From Candidatus Omnitrophota bacterium (GTDB lineage Bacteria; Omnitrophota; Gorgyraeia; JAHJTE01), in assembly GCA_018830005.1 (NCBI GenBank), contig JAHJTE010000001.1, positions 709,624-773,623 on the forward strand: DNA of 64,000 nt, in the 5' to 3' direction. The stretch's first letter is position 1; each line of letters opens with the position of its first letter. The translations under genes were made by a program, and so were the position numbers. Below are positions 10,238 to 19,611 of this stretch, in pieces. Below the pieces are notes generated by a model. It searched no databases, had not been told where the DNA came from, and saw only the letters and a list, made by a program, of their open reading frames with translations.

Positions 10238-10972
10238 ATGTCTGATTCAGTTAATATCTTTCGTGTAGGTTTGATTATCATTGTAATTTTGTTGCTTATC
10301 CTTGTGAGTGCTGCTGGTTTTTTTCTTCAACAGGAAATCAAAAAGAACACTAATCTGGGAGAGCAGCTAATCAAGGCGCAGGAACAGGAGAATTTATTGA
10401 AGTCTTCTTTTGAAAATTCAGACGAGAAGATATCGCGCCTAAATATCTTAATAGGAGAATCTCAAGAGGAGATTAAGTCGCTGACTTCAAAGATCTCTGT
10501 TTTAGAAAATGATAACATGAGGCTAAGCGAAGAACTTTCTAGCCTCAAAGGGCACATGCATACTACTAATAATCAAAATATAGAGTTTTTAAAGAAAGTA
10601 GATGATTTAGAGAATGAACTGAGACGCAAAGAGGGAGAGTTAGGGATTGCAGTTAAGGAGAAGGAGGATTTGCTTGCTAAGTTAGAAGTTTTAGAGCAAA
10701 AGCGCTCTTCTATTGATTTGGAGAAGATTGTAGTAAAACCTCTCCTGGAGGGAAAGATTGTAAATATTGATAGAAAATATAAGTTTTTAATAATTGATCG
10801 TGGAGAGCAAAATAATGTTGAGGTTGGAGATATATTTATCTGTTTTCTCGATGATAGAGAAATTGGGCAGGTTAAGGTAGAGAAGGTTTATGAATCGCTC
10901 TCAGCAGCAAATTTCTTACCCGATCTGCAGTTTCAATATCTGAAACAAGGAGCAAAGGTGGTAAGAAGATAG
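10238..10972 (+). CDS. hypothetical membrane-anchored coiled-coil protein with a small C-terminal beta-rich domain
   Basis: A GAAGGAGG RBS lies 8 nt upstream of the ATG at 10238. The protein has an N-terminal TM helix, about 130 aa of heptad coiled coil (LENDNMRLSEELSSLKG...), and a C-terminal GKIVNIDRKYKFLIIDRG...VGDIF region. The ORF-track start at 10193 has no RBS. Confidence 0.5.
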   Translation: MSDSVNIFRVGLIIIVILLLILVSAAGFFLQQEIKKNTNLGEQLIKAQEQENLLKSSFENSDEKISRLNILIGESQEEIKSLTSKISVLENDNMRLSEELSSLKGHMHTTNNQNIEFLKKVDDLENELRRKEGELGIAVKEKEDLLAKLEVLEQKRSSIDLEKIVVKPLLEGKIVNIDRKYKFLIIDRGEQNNVEVGDIFICFLDDREIGQVKVEKVYESLSAANFLPDLQFQYLKQGAKVVRR

Positions 10973-10974
10973 AT

Positions 10975-12291
10975 ATGAGGAAAATCAGTCCTGCGAGTTC
11001 CCTATCCGGCAGCCTGACCTTAGGCGGCGACAAATCGATTTCTCACCGGGCAATAATTTTAAGCTCTATCAGCGCCTCGCATGTTAGGATAAAAAATTTT
11101 TATCCATCTCAAGATTGCCTTTATACCCTGAGGGCCATGCGTAGCTTAGGCGTAGAGATTCGCCAGCTAAAAAAAGGACTATTGGATATATCAGGCGTGG
11201 GTTTAGGTGGGTTATCTGCCTCTGGGAGTATTTTTTTAGGTGATTCCGGCACAACCTATAGGTTGTTAGCAGGATTGCTATCTGGCCTGAGATGCTCAAT
11301 TAGTTTGAAGGCGGGAAAAAGCCTTTCTAAAAGACCGATGCGAAGAATCATTGTCCCCTTAACAAAGATGGGGGCAGTTATTAAAGGCCGGCAAGGGAAA
11401 AAATTTGAAAGTTATCCTCCTTTAAATATTAAAGGTGGCAATTTGAAAGGGATTATTTATAAACTGCCAGTAGCAAGTGCCCAGGTAAAATCTGCGATTC
11501 TTCTGGCTGGCTTAAATGCTAAGGGTAAGACTTGTATAAATGAAAAGGTCAGCTCGCGTGATCACACTGAAAGAATGCTAAAGACCTTTGGTGTTTCTGT
11601 TTCTGTTAAGGCAGGCAACATTAGGTTGCAGCCTCCCAAAAAAGAACTAAAAGGGCCGCCTCAGATCACGATCCCGGGTGATTTTTCTTCTGCGGCATTT
11701 TTTATTGTAGCTGCACTCCTGCTAAACGGCTCAAGGCTTACTATAAAAGGCGTAGGCGTGAATCCTACGCGTACGGGTTTGTTGAAGGTATTAAGAAGGA
11801 TGAAGGCAAATATTAAAGTCATTCCGCTTGCTAAAAATAGGCCAGATCTTGAGCCTATAGCTGAGGTAATTATAAGGAGTTCAGCATTGAAGGCGACCAA
11901 GGTGAGCCCAAAAGAGATTCCTTCTTTGATTGATGAGATACCAATCCTTATGGTAGCGGCAAGCTTTGCAAATGGCACTACTAGAATTCCTGCTGTAGAT
12001 GAATTAAGAGTCAAAGAGACTGATAGGATTTTCTCAATGCTTTATAATCTGAAGCGAATGGGTGTTAATATCAGGATTAAGAAAGAATCAGGCAAAGAGA
12101 CCATCTACATCAAAGGCCTTAAGCGATTAAAGGCTGTCAGGCTCAGGAGCTTTTCAGATCATCGTAGCGCAATGGCCTTGGTTGTTGCTGCTTGCTGCGC
12201 AGAAGGAGTGAGTTTCTTAGATGATACTTCTTGCATCCGCAAGTCCTTTCCTGATTTTTTTAAAGCGTTGGAGTCAGTCAAAGTTACTTAA
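10975..12291 (+). CDS. aroA: 3-phosphoshikimate 1-carboxyvinyltransferase (EPSP synthase)
   Basis: LTLGGDKSISHRAIIL, LGDSGTTYRLL and the conserved RVKETDRI motif. Confidence 0.9.
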   Translation: MRKISPASSLSGSLTLGGDKSISHRAIILSSISASHVRIKNFYPSQDCLYTLRAMRSLGVEIRQLKKGLLDISGVGLGGLSASGSIFLGDSGTTYRLLAGLLSGLRCSISLKAGKSLSKRPMRRIIVPLTKMGAVIKGRQGKKFESYPPLNIKGGNLKGIIYKLPVASAQVKSAILLAGLNAKGKTCINEKVSSRDHTERMLKTFGVSVSVKAGNIRLQPPKKELKGPPQITIPGDFSSAAFFIVAALLLNGSRLTIKGVGVNPTRTGLLKVLRRMKANIKVIPLAKNRPDLEPIAEVIIRSSALKATKVSPKEIPSLIDEIPILMVAASFANGTTRIPAVDELRVKETDRIFSMLYNLKRMGVNIRIKKESGKETIYIKGLKRLKAVRLRSFSDHRSAMALVVAACCAEGVSFLDDTSCIRKSFPDFFKALESVKVT

Positions 12292-12298
12292 ATTTTAA

Positions 12299-12327
12299 TT
12301 GACACAAGTAACTGATTTTGATATAGT
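12299..12327 (+). promoter_or_regulatory. near-consensus sigma70 promoter TTGACA-N17-TATAGT for the mreB operon
   Basis: TTGACA at 12299-12304, a 17-nt spacer, TATAGT at 12322-12327. A GAAGG RBS precedes mreB. Confidence 0.6.
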
Positions 12328-12370
12328 TAAGTATGCTAAAATTGATAAAATTCAAATTTGAAGGTTTATT

Positions 12371-13450
12371 ATGAAAAAGATTTGGCCACTAGTAAAACAG
12401 ATTTGGCGGCTCGTTTTTAATTATGTGCGTAGTCTATTCTCAAATGATATGGGTATAGATTTAGGCACAGCGACCACGCTCGTTTACGTTAAGAATGAGG
12501 GTGTTGTTTTATGTGAACCTTCAGTCGTTGCCATAGAAAAAGGGACTTCTCATGTTTTGGCAGTAGGCGAGGAGGCCAAGCGAATGCTAGGCAGAACTCC
12601 TGGCAATATTGTTGCTGTGCGGCCAATGAGAGATGGCGTTATCTCTGATTTTGAGGTCACAGAGGCGATGCTTAGATACTTTATCCGCAAGGTTCAGAGT
12701 AGAAGGGTATTATTTGGGCCGCGGCTTATTGTAGCTATTCCTTCTGGGATTACTGAGGTAGAAAAGCGGGCTGTGAGGGATTCTGCTGTGAGGGCGGGCG
12801 CCAGAGAGATATTCCTAATTGAAGAGCCTATGGCAGCAGCAATTGGAGTGGGATTACCAATCCAGGAGCCTACGGCCAATATGATTGTTGATATTGGCGG
12901 AGGCACAACAGAGATAGCCATTATCTCTTTAGCCGGTATTGTTTTTTCTAAATCCATTCGTATCGGCGGAGATGAAATGGATCAGGCAATTATCGAATAT
13001 ATAAAGAAAAATTATAATTTATTGATTGGTGAACGCACTTCCGAAGATATAAAGATAAAGATAGGTTCTGCCTATCCTTTAGAAGAGGAGCTTTCATTAG
13101 AAGTAAGAGGAAGAGACTTGGTAGCTGGTTTACCAAAGATGATTAATATAACCAGCGAAGAGGTCAGGGATGCATTAAAAGAGCCAGTACGCGCCATTCT
13201 TGATGTTGTCAAAATTAGCTTAGAGCGTATACCCCCCGAATTAGCCGCAGACTTGATAGAAAAAGGAATTATGCTTGCTGGCGGAGGTGCATTGTTACGG
13301 GGAATAGATAGCCTAATTGCTGAGGAGATGGGCTTGGTTGTTCATATTGCTGATGATCCTATGACCGCTGTTGCCTTAGGCACAGGCAAGGCATTGAGCG
13401 AGATTAAATACCTAAGGCGCGTTATGGTTAGTGTTAAATCAGAGCTTTAG
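12371..13450 (+). CDS. mreB: rod shape-determining protein MreB
   Basis: [29 protein letters not shown] and the overall actin fold. Confidence 0.95.
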   Translation: MKKIWPLVKQIWRLVFNYVRSLFSNDMGIDLGTATTLVYVKNEGVVLCEPSVVAIEKGTSHVLAVGEEAKRMLGRTPGNIVAVRPMRDGVISDFEVTEAMLRYFIRKVQSRRVLFGPRLIVAIPSGITEVEKRAVRDSAVRAGAREIFLIEEPMAAAIGVGLPIQEPTANMIVDIGGGTTEIAIISLAGIVFSKSIRIGGDEMDQAIIEYIKKNYNLLIGERTSEDIKIKIGSAYPLEEELSLEVRGRDLVAGLPKMINITSEEVRDALKEPVRAILDVVKISLERIPPELAADLIEKGIMLAGGGALLRGIDSLIAEEMGLVVHIADDPMTAVALGTGKALSEIKYLRRVMVSVKSEL

Positions 13451-13500
13451 TTTCCAAAAGATATTTTAACTTCAAATTTCCTCACTCTCGACCCCAAAGT

Positions 13501-14289
13501 GTGATAAGAATAAAAAAATTCATTCCTTTAATTACTTTTTTCTTTTTCCTTTTTATAATTCTTTCCTTTTCGCATCTTTCTTCCGGATTTAATCTTGCAT
13601 TTGATTTTTTGAAATTACCGCTTAAGATTTTCCTCTACCCCGGAAATATTATCAAAGAAATCCTCTTGCTGCAGGAGACCTATGATGAAAACTCACGCCT
13701 GAAACAAGAAAACGCCATTCTTAATTATAAAATGTCCCGTATCTTGAATATGAAACATGAAAATATTCGCCTAGAGGAACTCTTGGGACTAAAGAGTCAA
13801 TCAAGTTTTAATCTTGTTGCAGCCACTGTAATTGCTCGCGACCCGGATAACTGGACTTCAACACTTATTATCGACAAGGGTCAGGAGGCGAACATAAGAG
13901 AGGACTCTGTTGTTATAGGCCAAAAAGGCCTGGTGGGGATAGTAAGTGATATAGGCCTGACGACATCTAGAATAGTTCTGATCAACGATCCTAATTTTAA
14001 TTGCGCAGCGCTGTTACGAGACTCACGAGTGCATGGCCTGCTATCTGGTTCGATCTTTGGCGGATGTCGACTGCGTTTTCTTTCTCAGGAAGATGATGTA
14101 GCTATTGGCGATGTTGTAATCACAAGCGGCTTGACACTTGAGGTAAGTAGCAGCCTTTTTCCAAAAGGGATTGTAATTGGCAAGGTAAAGTTCATAGCTG
14201 AAGAGTCTTCCGGACTTGGTAAATATTGCTTGGTTGAGACCATTGAAAGATTAGAGAAATTGGAAGAGGTATTGGTAATTATTCCTTAA
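13501..14289 (+). CDS. mreC: rod shape-determining protein MreC
   Basis: GTG start, a TM helix and coiled coil, then VVIGQKGLVGIV...SRIVLINDPN beta-domain motifs. It follows mreB. Confidence 0.8.
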   Translation: MIRIKKFIPLITFFFFLFIILSFSHLSSGFNLAFDFLKLPLKIFLYPGNIIKEILLLQETYDENSRLKQENAILNYKMSRILNMKHENIRLEELLGLKSQSSFNLVAATVIARDPDNWTSTLIIDKGQEANIREDSVVIGQKGLVGIVSDIGLTTSRIVLINDPNFNCAALLRDSRVHGLLSGSIFGGCRLRFLSQEDDVAIGDVVITSGLTLEVSSSLFPKGIVIGKVKFIAEESSGLGKYCLVETIERLEKLEEVLVIIP

Positions 14290-14348
14290 GTTCATACCAA
14301 AACAAATTACAAATAAAAATTAATTTGTGATTTCGGTCATTTTTTTCT

Positions 14349-14846
14349 ATGATCAATTTTATCCTTAGTATCGCAAGTTTAATATTGCTTCATCTACAGG
14401 TTCTATATCCTGCTGGCCTTTTATTATTTGGTGCAAAACCAGATTTTCTGCTCATCCTCATTATATTTTTAAGCCTCTATAGTAAGAACGAGCGTACTTT
14501 TTTTTGGGCCGCACTTTTAGGAGGCTTGAAGGATCTTTTATCAGCTGATCTATTTGGAGTAAGCATTTTGAGTTTTGCGCTAATAAGTATGATTATGGCT
14601 AAAGTCGAAGCAAGATTTTTCTTTCGGAATAGATTTAAGACCTTATTTATTTTTGTATTTTGTATTTCTTTTCTGAACGGATTACTTTCTTATATGCTGC
14701 ATATATTTTTTAGTACTGGAATCTATCCCATCTTTGCTGGTTTTAAGATCTCAATTTTGCAGGCGATATTAACCGCATGTTGGTCAATACCTCTAATTTC
14801 CTTGTTAAAAAAATGCGTTTCAAGATTTTTTATATCTCAATCCTGA
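14349..14846 (+). CDS. mreD: rod shape-determining protein MreD (polytopic membrane protein)
   Basis: 165 aa and 5 TM helices, between mreC and PBP2. Confidence 0.6.
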   Translation: MINFILSIASLILLHLQVLYPAGLLLFGAKPDFLLILIIFLSLYSKNERTFFWAALLGGLKDLLSADLFGVSILSFALISMIMAKVEARFFFRNRFKTLFIFVFCISFLNGLLSYMLHIFFSTGIYPIFAGFKISILQAILTACWSIPLISLLKKCVSRFFISQS

Positions 14847-16537
14847 TAGCCTTTATATCTGTAGCTTCGCGTCTTTTCTTTCTGCAGATTATACAGGGTA
14901 ATTATTATCGCCTCCAGAGTGCGCGCAATACAATCAGGGTGATTCCCGAGAAAGCGATTCGTGGCAAAATCCTCGACAGAAATGGCGTCATCTTAGCGCA
15001 AGATCGACTTGCACTTGACGTGGCCATTATTCCTCAGGATTTGAAAGATATGCGCACAGTCTTTAGTGAGCTTTCAAAGATCTTTGCTATAAAAGAAGAG
15101 GAGCTAGAGGCAAGATTTAGAGGAAACATTAGCACTCCATTTGCGCCAGTAGTTGTACTCGGAGATATCGATAAGGAAAAGGCGTTAATAGTTGCTGAGA
15201 AGACAAATAAATTTCCCGGGGTAATAATAGAGTCTAGACCAACGCGGGTCTATCCCTATAAATACGTAGCTTCTCATATATTAGGTTATATGGGTATGCC
15301 CGAGGTGGTCAAGGAGAGTCTGGGGGATTATGGTTTTACTGCTGTCAATCAGGTAGGGATAAGCGGCATTGAGAAGTATCTAGAGAGATTCTTACGCGGT
15401 GAAAATGGAGGTATGCAGATTGAGGTTGACAATCGGGGCAGACAAACCAGCTTGCTTGGTTTGCGAGTTCCCAAAAAAGGCGTTGATATAAGATTGACAA
15501 TTGATATCAGGGTACAGGAGATCCTGGATGATTTGTTTAGCGAAAATAAGGGAGCAGCAATTTTAATACATCCGTTTAATGGTGAAATATTAGCCATGGT
15601 TAGCTCTCCCGCATTTGATCCTAATGTTTTTGTGGAAAAAGAACACAACAAATTGCGCTTGAGATATCTTCTTGATAAGGATGCGTCTCTTTTTAACCGT
15701 GCAACGCTAGGTCAGTATCCTGCTGGTTCGGTATTTAAGATAATTACTGCCTTGGCAGCCCTTACTAATAACGCGATTAATACTGATACGCGTTTCTTTT
15801 GTCCAGGAGGGAAACTCATTGGCAGGCGAGAATTTAAATGCTGGTCAAGACATGGAGAAGAGGATTTAAAAGATGCGATTGTTCATTCTTGCAACGTGTA
15901 TTTTTATAATGCGGCTATACTGCTGGGTGCCCAGAGGCTAAGCGAGTACGCAAAGATATTTAATTTAGGAAGACCTACGGGTATTGATTTACCTATGGAG
16001 GAGTCAGGATTTGTTCCTTCTCCATCCTTGCGTAGAGAGATCTATCATCAAGGCTGGTATAAAGGTGACACTGCTAATCTTGCGATTGGTCAGGGAGGTT
16101 TGCTGGTTACGCCGATTCAGATTGCATCAATGATTAGCGTTATTGCTAATTCAGGTCAGCTATTAAAACCGCATTTGGTTGCTGAGGTCGGCGGCAAGAA
16201 GGTAATATACGAAGCTCCTTCAAAGGTTAATATTGAATCTAATTATCTATCTTTCCTAAGAGGAGCCTTGCGCAGCGTAGTTGAGGATTCTAGCGGCACC
16301 GCCCATATGCTCCAGATGTACGATATGGAGATTAGTGCTAAAACTGGCACTGCCCAGGCAGGGGCAGGTCGCAAACATGGATGGGTTGTCGGATTTCTTC
16401 CCTTTGATAAACCAGAGGTAGCATTTGTTATATTTTTAGAGGATTCGCAAGGCAGTTCCTCTGCGAATGCCTTAGCGATAAAGTTATTTAGACGCCTGTA
16501 TAAAGAAAAGTTACTAGTTTTTAAACAAGACAAATAA
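14813..16537 (+). CDS. mrdA: penicillin-binding protein 2 (elongasome transpeptidase)
   Basis: SxxK (AGSVFKI), SCN and KTGTA motifs. The start is placed at MRFKIF (14813) rather than the overlapping 14777. Confidence 0.9.
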   Translation: MRFKIFYISILIAFISVASRLFFLQIIQGNYYRLQSARNTIRVIPEKAIRGKILDRNGVILAQDRLALDVAIIPQDLKDMRTVFSELSKIFAIKEEELEARFRGNISTPFAPVVVLGDIDKEKALIVAEKTNKFPGVIIESRPTRVYPYKYVASHILGYMGMPEVVKESLGDYGFTAVNQVGISGIEKYLERFLRGENGGMQIEVDNRGRQTSLLGLRVPKKGVDIRLTIDIRVQEILDDLFSENKGAAILIHPFNGEILAMVSSPAFDPNVFVEKEHNKLRLRYLLDKDASLFNRATLGQYPAGSVFKIITALAALTNNAINTDTRFFCPGGKLIGRREFKCWSRHGEEDLKDAIVHSCNVYFYNAAILLGAQRLSEYAKIFNLGRPTGIDLPMEESGFVPSPSLRREIYHQGWYKGDTANLAIGQGGLLVTPIQIASMISVIANSGQLLKPHLVAEVGGKKVIYEAPSKVNIESNYLSFLRGALRSVVEDSSGTAHMLQMYDMEISAKTGTAQAGAGRKHGWVVGFLPFDKPEVAFVIFLEDSQGSSSANALAIKLFRRLYKEKLLVFKQDK

Positions 16538-16539
16538 GT

Positions 16540-17676
16540 ATGACTAGAGAATTTGACTGGACGCTATTAGGAGTGGCTTTTGCAATAAGTATTATTGGGG
16601 TTATCTCCATTTATAGCGCAACACATTATACAGGAGGAGCTAGTCTAACTCTGCCAACGCAGATGCAAAGTAACATCTGGATTAAGCAGTTAATTTGGAT
16701 GTTGCTTGGCGTAATCCTTGCAGTGTTGGTTTCTAATATCAATTATCATCGCTTCTGGGATTTTGCCTGGCTTTTTTATATTGCTAGCATTATTTTGCTA
16801 GTTTTAGTTCTTTTTCGTGGCGCTGAAAGATCAGGCGCCAAGCGTTGGCTTGAATTTGGATATCTATCATTTCAACCAGTTGAATTAGTGAAGATTTCGA
16901 TAATAATTATTCTTGCACGCTATTTTACCAAGCAGATATCTTATCATTTTTCACAAAATCTTTATCATTCAAACCCCCTTATTTTATTAAGGACAGCATT
17001 TATTCCTTTGGGTCTTGTGCTTTGTCCATTTTTTCTCATCATCCTGCAGCCGGATTTAGGATCAAGCGTAGTATTGTTTCCAATTTTATTTGCTGTACTT
17101 TTTTGTACTCATGTTTCTAGAAAGTTTCTCATTACTTTGATTAGCCTAGGCCTGGCATCTTTGCCTTTCCTTTGGCAAATCTTGAAAGATTATCAAAAGC
17201 AGAGATTATTAGTTTTTTTGAATCCTGATCTTGATCCTCTGGGTGCAGGCTATACTATTGCTCAATCTAAGATAGCAATTGGTTCAGGTAAATTGTTAGG
17301 TAAAGGATGGCTCTCGGGTACTCAGAACCAACTCAATTTTTTACCTGAACGCCACACAGATTTTATTTTTTCCATTATCGCAGAAGAATGGGGTTTTTTT
17401 GGTTCAATGCTCATCCTTTCACTTTTCTTTCTGTTGGTTTGGCGGATTATAAAAGTTATCTTAAAGACAAATGATATCTTTGGCCGTATTATATGCATTG
17501 GCATTGTTGCTCTTCTTTCATTTCAAATTTTGGTTAATATTGCTATGAGCAGCGGAATGATGCCGGTGGTAGGTCTGCCATTGCCCTTTATTAGTTATGG
17601 AGGTTCATCTTTATTACTTTCATATCTATGCATTGGTATAGTATTGAATATTTCTAAGCAACGCATAATCTTTTAA
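16540..17676 (+). CDS. rodA: SEDS-family peptidoglycan glycosyltransferase RodA
   Basis: Ten TM helices, a GAKRW motif and the FtsW/RodA/SpoVE family C-terminus. It follows PBP2. Confidence 0.9.
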   Translation: MTREFDWTLLGVAFAISIIGVISIYSATHYTGGASLTLPTQMQSNIWIKQLIWMLLGVILAVLVSNINYHRFWDFAWLFYIASIILLVLVLFRGAERSGAKRWLEFGYLSFQPVELVKISIIIILARYFTKQISYHFSQNLYHSNPLILLRTAFIPLGLVLCPFFLIILQPDLGSSVVLFPILFAVLFCTHVSRKFLITLISLGLASLPFLWQILKDYQKQRLLVFLNPDLDPLGAGYTIAQSKIAIGSGKLLGKGWLSGTQNQLNFLPERHTDFIFSIIAEEWGFFGSMLILSLFFLLVWRIIKVILKTNDIFGRIICIGIVALLSFQILVNIAMSSGMMPVVGLPLPFISYGGSSLLLSYLCIGIVLNISKQRIIF

Positions 17677-17696
17677 TTTTTTAATAAAGACATATC

Positions 17697-19412
17697 ATGC
17701 AAGATTTATTATTGAGCGTAAAAAAGCCAGCTCGTTATATTGGCACTGAGTTTAATGGCAATCATGGCCTAAAACAAGATGTGGCTGTAAAATTCGCCAT
17801 CTGTTTTCCGGGTCTATACGAGATAGGCATGAGTAATTTGGGTTTGAGAATAATATATGGTCTTCTGAATAGTCAGCAAGATTGTTTATGCGAGAGATTC
17901 TTTCTGCCGGCACCTGATATGCTTGGATTGATAAAGAGCAAAAAGGCTAAATTTACATCCCTTGAGTCAGGACGTAGTTTAAGTGATTTTGATATTGTTG
18001 GTTTTTCACTCCAGCATGAGTTAGATTATACAAATGTATTGCACATGCTAGAGCTTGCTGGATTGCCTTTTTTTTCGAGGCAACGCCATGAAAATCATCC
18101 TTTGATAATTGCAGGAGGTCCTGCCTTAGCTAATCCTGAGCCAATAGCTGATTTTTTTGACTTATTTATTATCGGCGAGGCAGAAGAGGCCCTTCTAGAA
18201 TTGACTGCTGAATATAAAAAGTTCCCTAGCAGGCTTAATCGCAAAGAATTGCTGGCGCGGCTTTCAAAGATAGACGGCATATATGTTCCAATGCTTAAAG
18301 GCAGAGTTGGTTTTTCTGTTAGGCGCCGATTCATTAAAGACCTAAATTCATCTTTTTTTCCGCAAGACTGGATTGTTCCTTATATCCCTATTGTTCATGA
18401 TAAGATAATGCTTGAGGTAATGCGCGGCTGTCCACATTCTTGTCGCTTTTGCCAGGCGAGAATGTTTTATTCTCCTTTTAGGATAAAGAGCAAAGAAAGG
18501 ATTGTTCAACTAGGTTTAGCAGCACAGGAGAAAAGCGGCTACGAAGAGATATCGTTGTTAGGTCTATCTTCCTTGGATCATCCCCAGATAAAAGAAATCT
18601 ATAGCTGTTTGACTGATGCCTTGCGTAGTCAATGTGTCGGCGTCTCTTTAGGTTCGCTGCGACCAAGCTCTAGGGTTTTGAATCTGCTGGAGATGACAGC
18701 CAAGATAAAAAAGGTCGGACTTACTTTGGCCATAGAAAGCGGCTCAAACTGGCTGCGGCAGCTTATAAACAAGCAAATAGATATGGATTCATTAAAAGAA
18801 TTGATTCAAGCTTGTTATTCTAAAGGCCTAAGACGGATTAAGCTCTATTTTATGTTCGGCCTGCCTTTTGAGAGAGAGGATGATCTGGAATCAATTGCCG
18901 ATATAATCTACGAATTAGCTCATATAGGAGGCAGGCTTAGAAAGAATCTATTGTTTTCAGTAAGCATTAATCCTTTTATTCCTAAACCACATACTGTTTT
19001 TCAATGGCATCCTATGGATGATTTGAAGACCTTAGATAGAAAAAAGAGGTTTTTGATTTCAGCAATTTATAAGCGGATCAAGAATGTAAAGATTAGTTTT
19101 CATTCTCCTGGTATGAGTTATGTAGAGGCGCTTCTTGCTCGTGGCGACAGAAAGATGTCTGGACTTATTATCGAGGCATTTAAAAGAGGTGCGCTAATGG
19201 ACTCTTACGGTGATTATTTTAATTTTGACTTATGGCAGGAGGCTGAAAAAGCAGCTGGGATTGACGCCGGGAGTTATCTTTATCGTGAAACTATAGATGA
19301 GCAAAAATTGTGCTGGGACTATATAGATATGGGCTACGATAAAGAAAGGCTTAAAATAGAATACGAAGATGTTATTAAACTCGGGCGTATGAGGCCAGGC
19401 CAGGGGTCCTAA
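17697..19412 (+). CDS. uncharacterised radical SAM protein with an N-terminal B12-like/Rossmann region (TIGR03960-like)
   Basis: A CPHSCRFC (CX3CX2C) radical SAM cluster motif. Its position after rodA matches the TIGR03960 family context. Confidence 0.7.
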   Translation: MQDLLLSVKKPARYIGTEFNGNHGLKQDVAVKFAICFPGLYEIGMSNLGLRIIYGLLNSQQDCLCERFFLPAPDMLGLIKSKKAKFTSLESGRSLSDFDIVGFSLQHELDYTNVLHMLELAGLPFFSRQRHENHPLIIAGGPALANPEPIADFFDLFIIGEAEEALLELTAEYKKFPSRLNRKELLARLSKIDGIYVPMLKGRVGFSVRRRFIKDLNSSFFPQDWIVPYIPIVHDKIMLEVMRGCPHSCRFCQARMFYSPFRIKSKERIVQLGLAAQEKSGYEEISLLGLSSLDHPQIKEIYSCLTDALRSQCVGVSLGSLRPSSRVLNLLEMTAKIKKVGLTLAIESGSNWLRQLINKQIDMDSLKELIQACYSKGLRRIKLYFMFGLPFEREDDLESIADIIYELAHIGGRLRKNLLFSVSINPFIPKPHTVFQWHPMDDLKTLDRKKRFLISAIYKRIKNVKISFHSPGMSYVEALLARGDRKMSGLIIEAFKRGALMDSYGDYFNFDLWQEAEKAAGIDAGSYLYRETIDEQKLCWDYIDMGYDKERLKIEYEDVIKLGRMRPGQGS

Positions 19413-19467
19413 GATGATTTTGGCGAGTGATAATCTTTTAAGTTTTTTGAGTTCCTTTTAAAAGACA

Positions 19468-19496
19468 TTGACATTTAAAAAATAATCCGTTATAGT
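19468..19496 (+). promoter_or_regulatory. near-consensus sigma70 promoter TTGACA-N17-TATAGT heading island A
   Basis: TTGACA at 19468-19473, TATAGT at 19491-19496, inside the 200-bp gap before the GGDEF gene. Confidence 0.55.
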
Positions 19497-19611
19497 AAAT
19501 TAAAATGAAGTTTATTCGTTGAGGTTCTCTGGCGAAAAATGCTTAATTTATCCTGTAAGTTACTTGCTGGTAGCTTAGCAAGTAAAGGGATTCATTAAAG
19601 GAGATGTATAA

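Noticed and set aside
14290-14348. Inverted repeat CAAATTA-N12-TAATTTG between mreC and mreD
   Set aside because: It is short, AT-only and could arise by chance in this composition. There is no supporting context for an operator.
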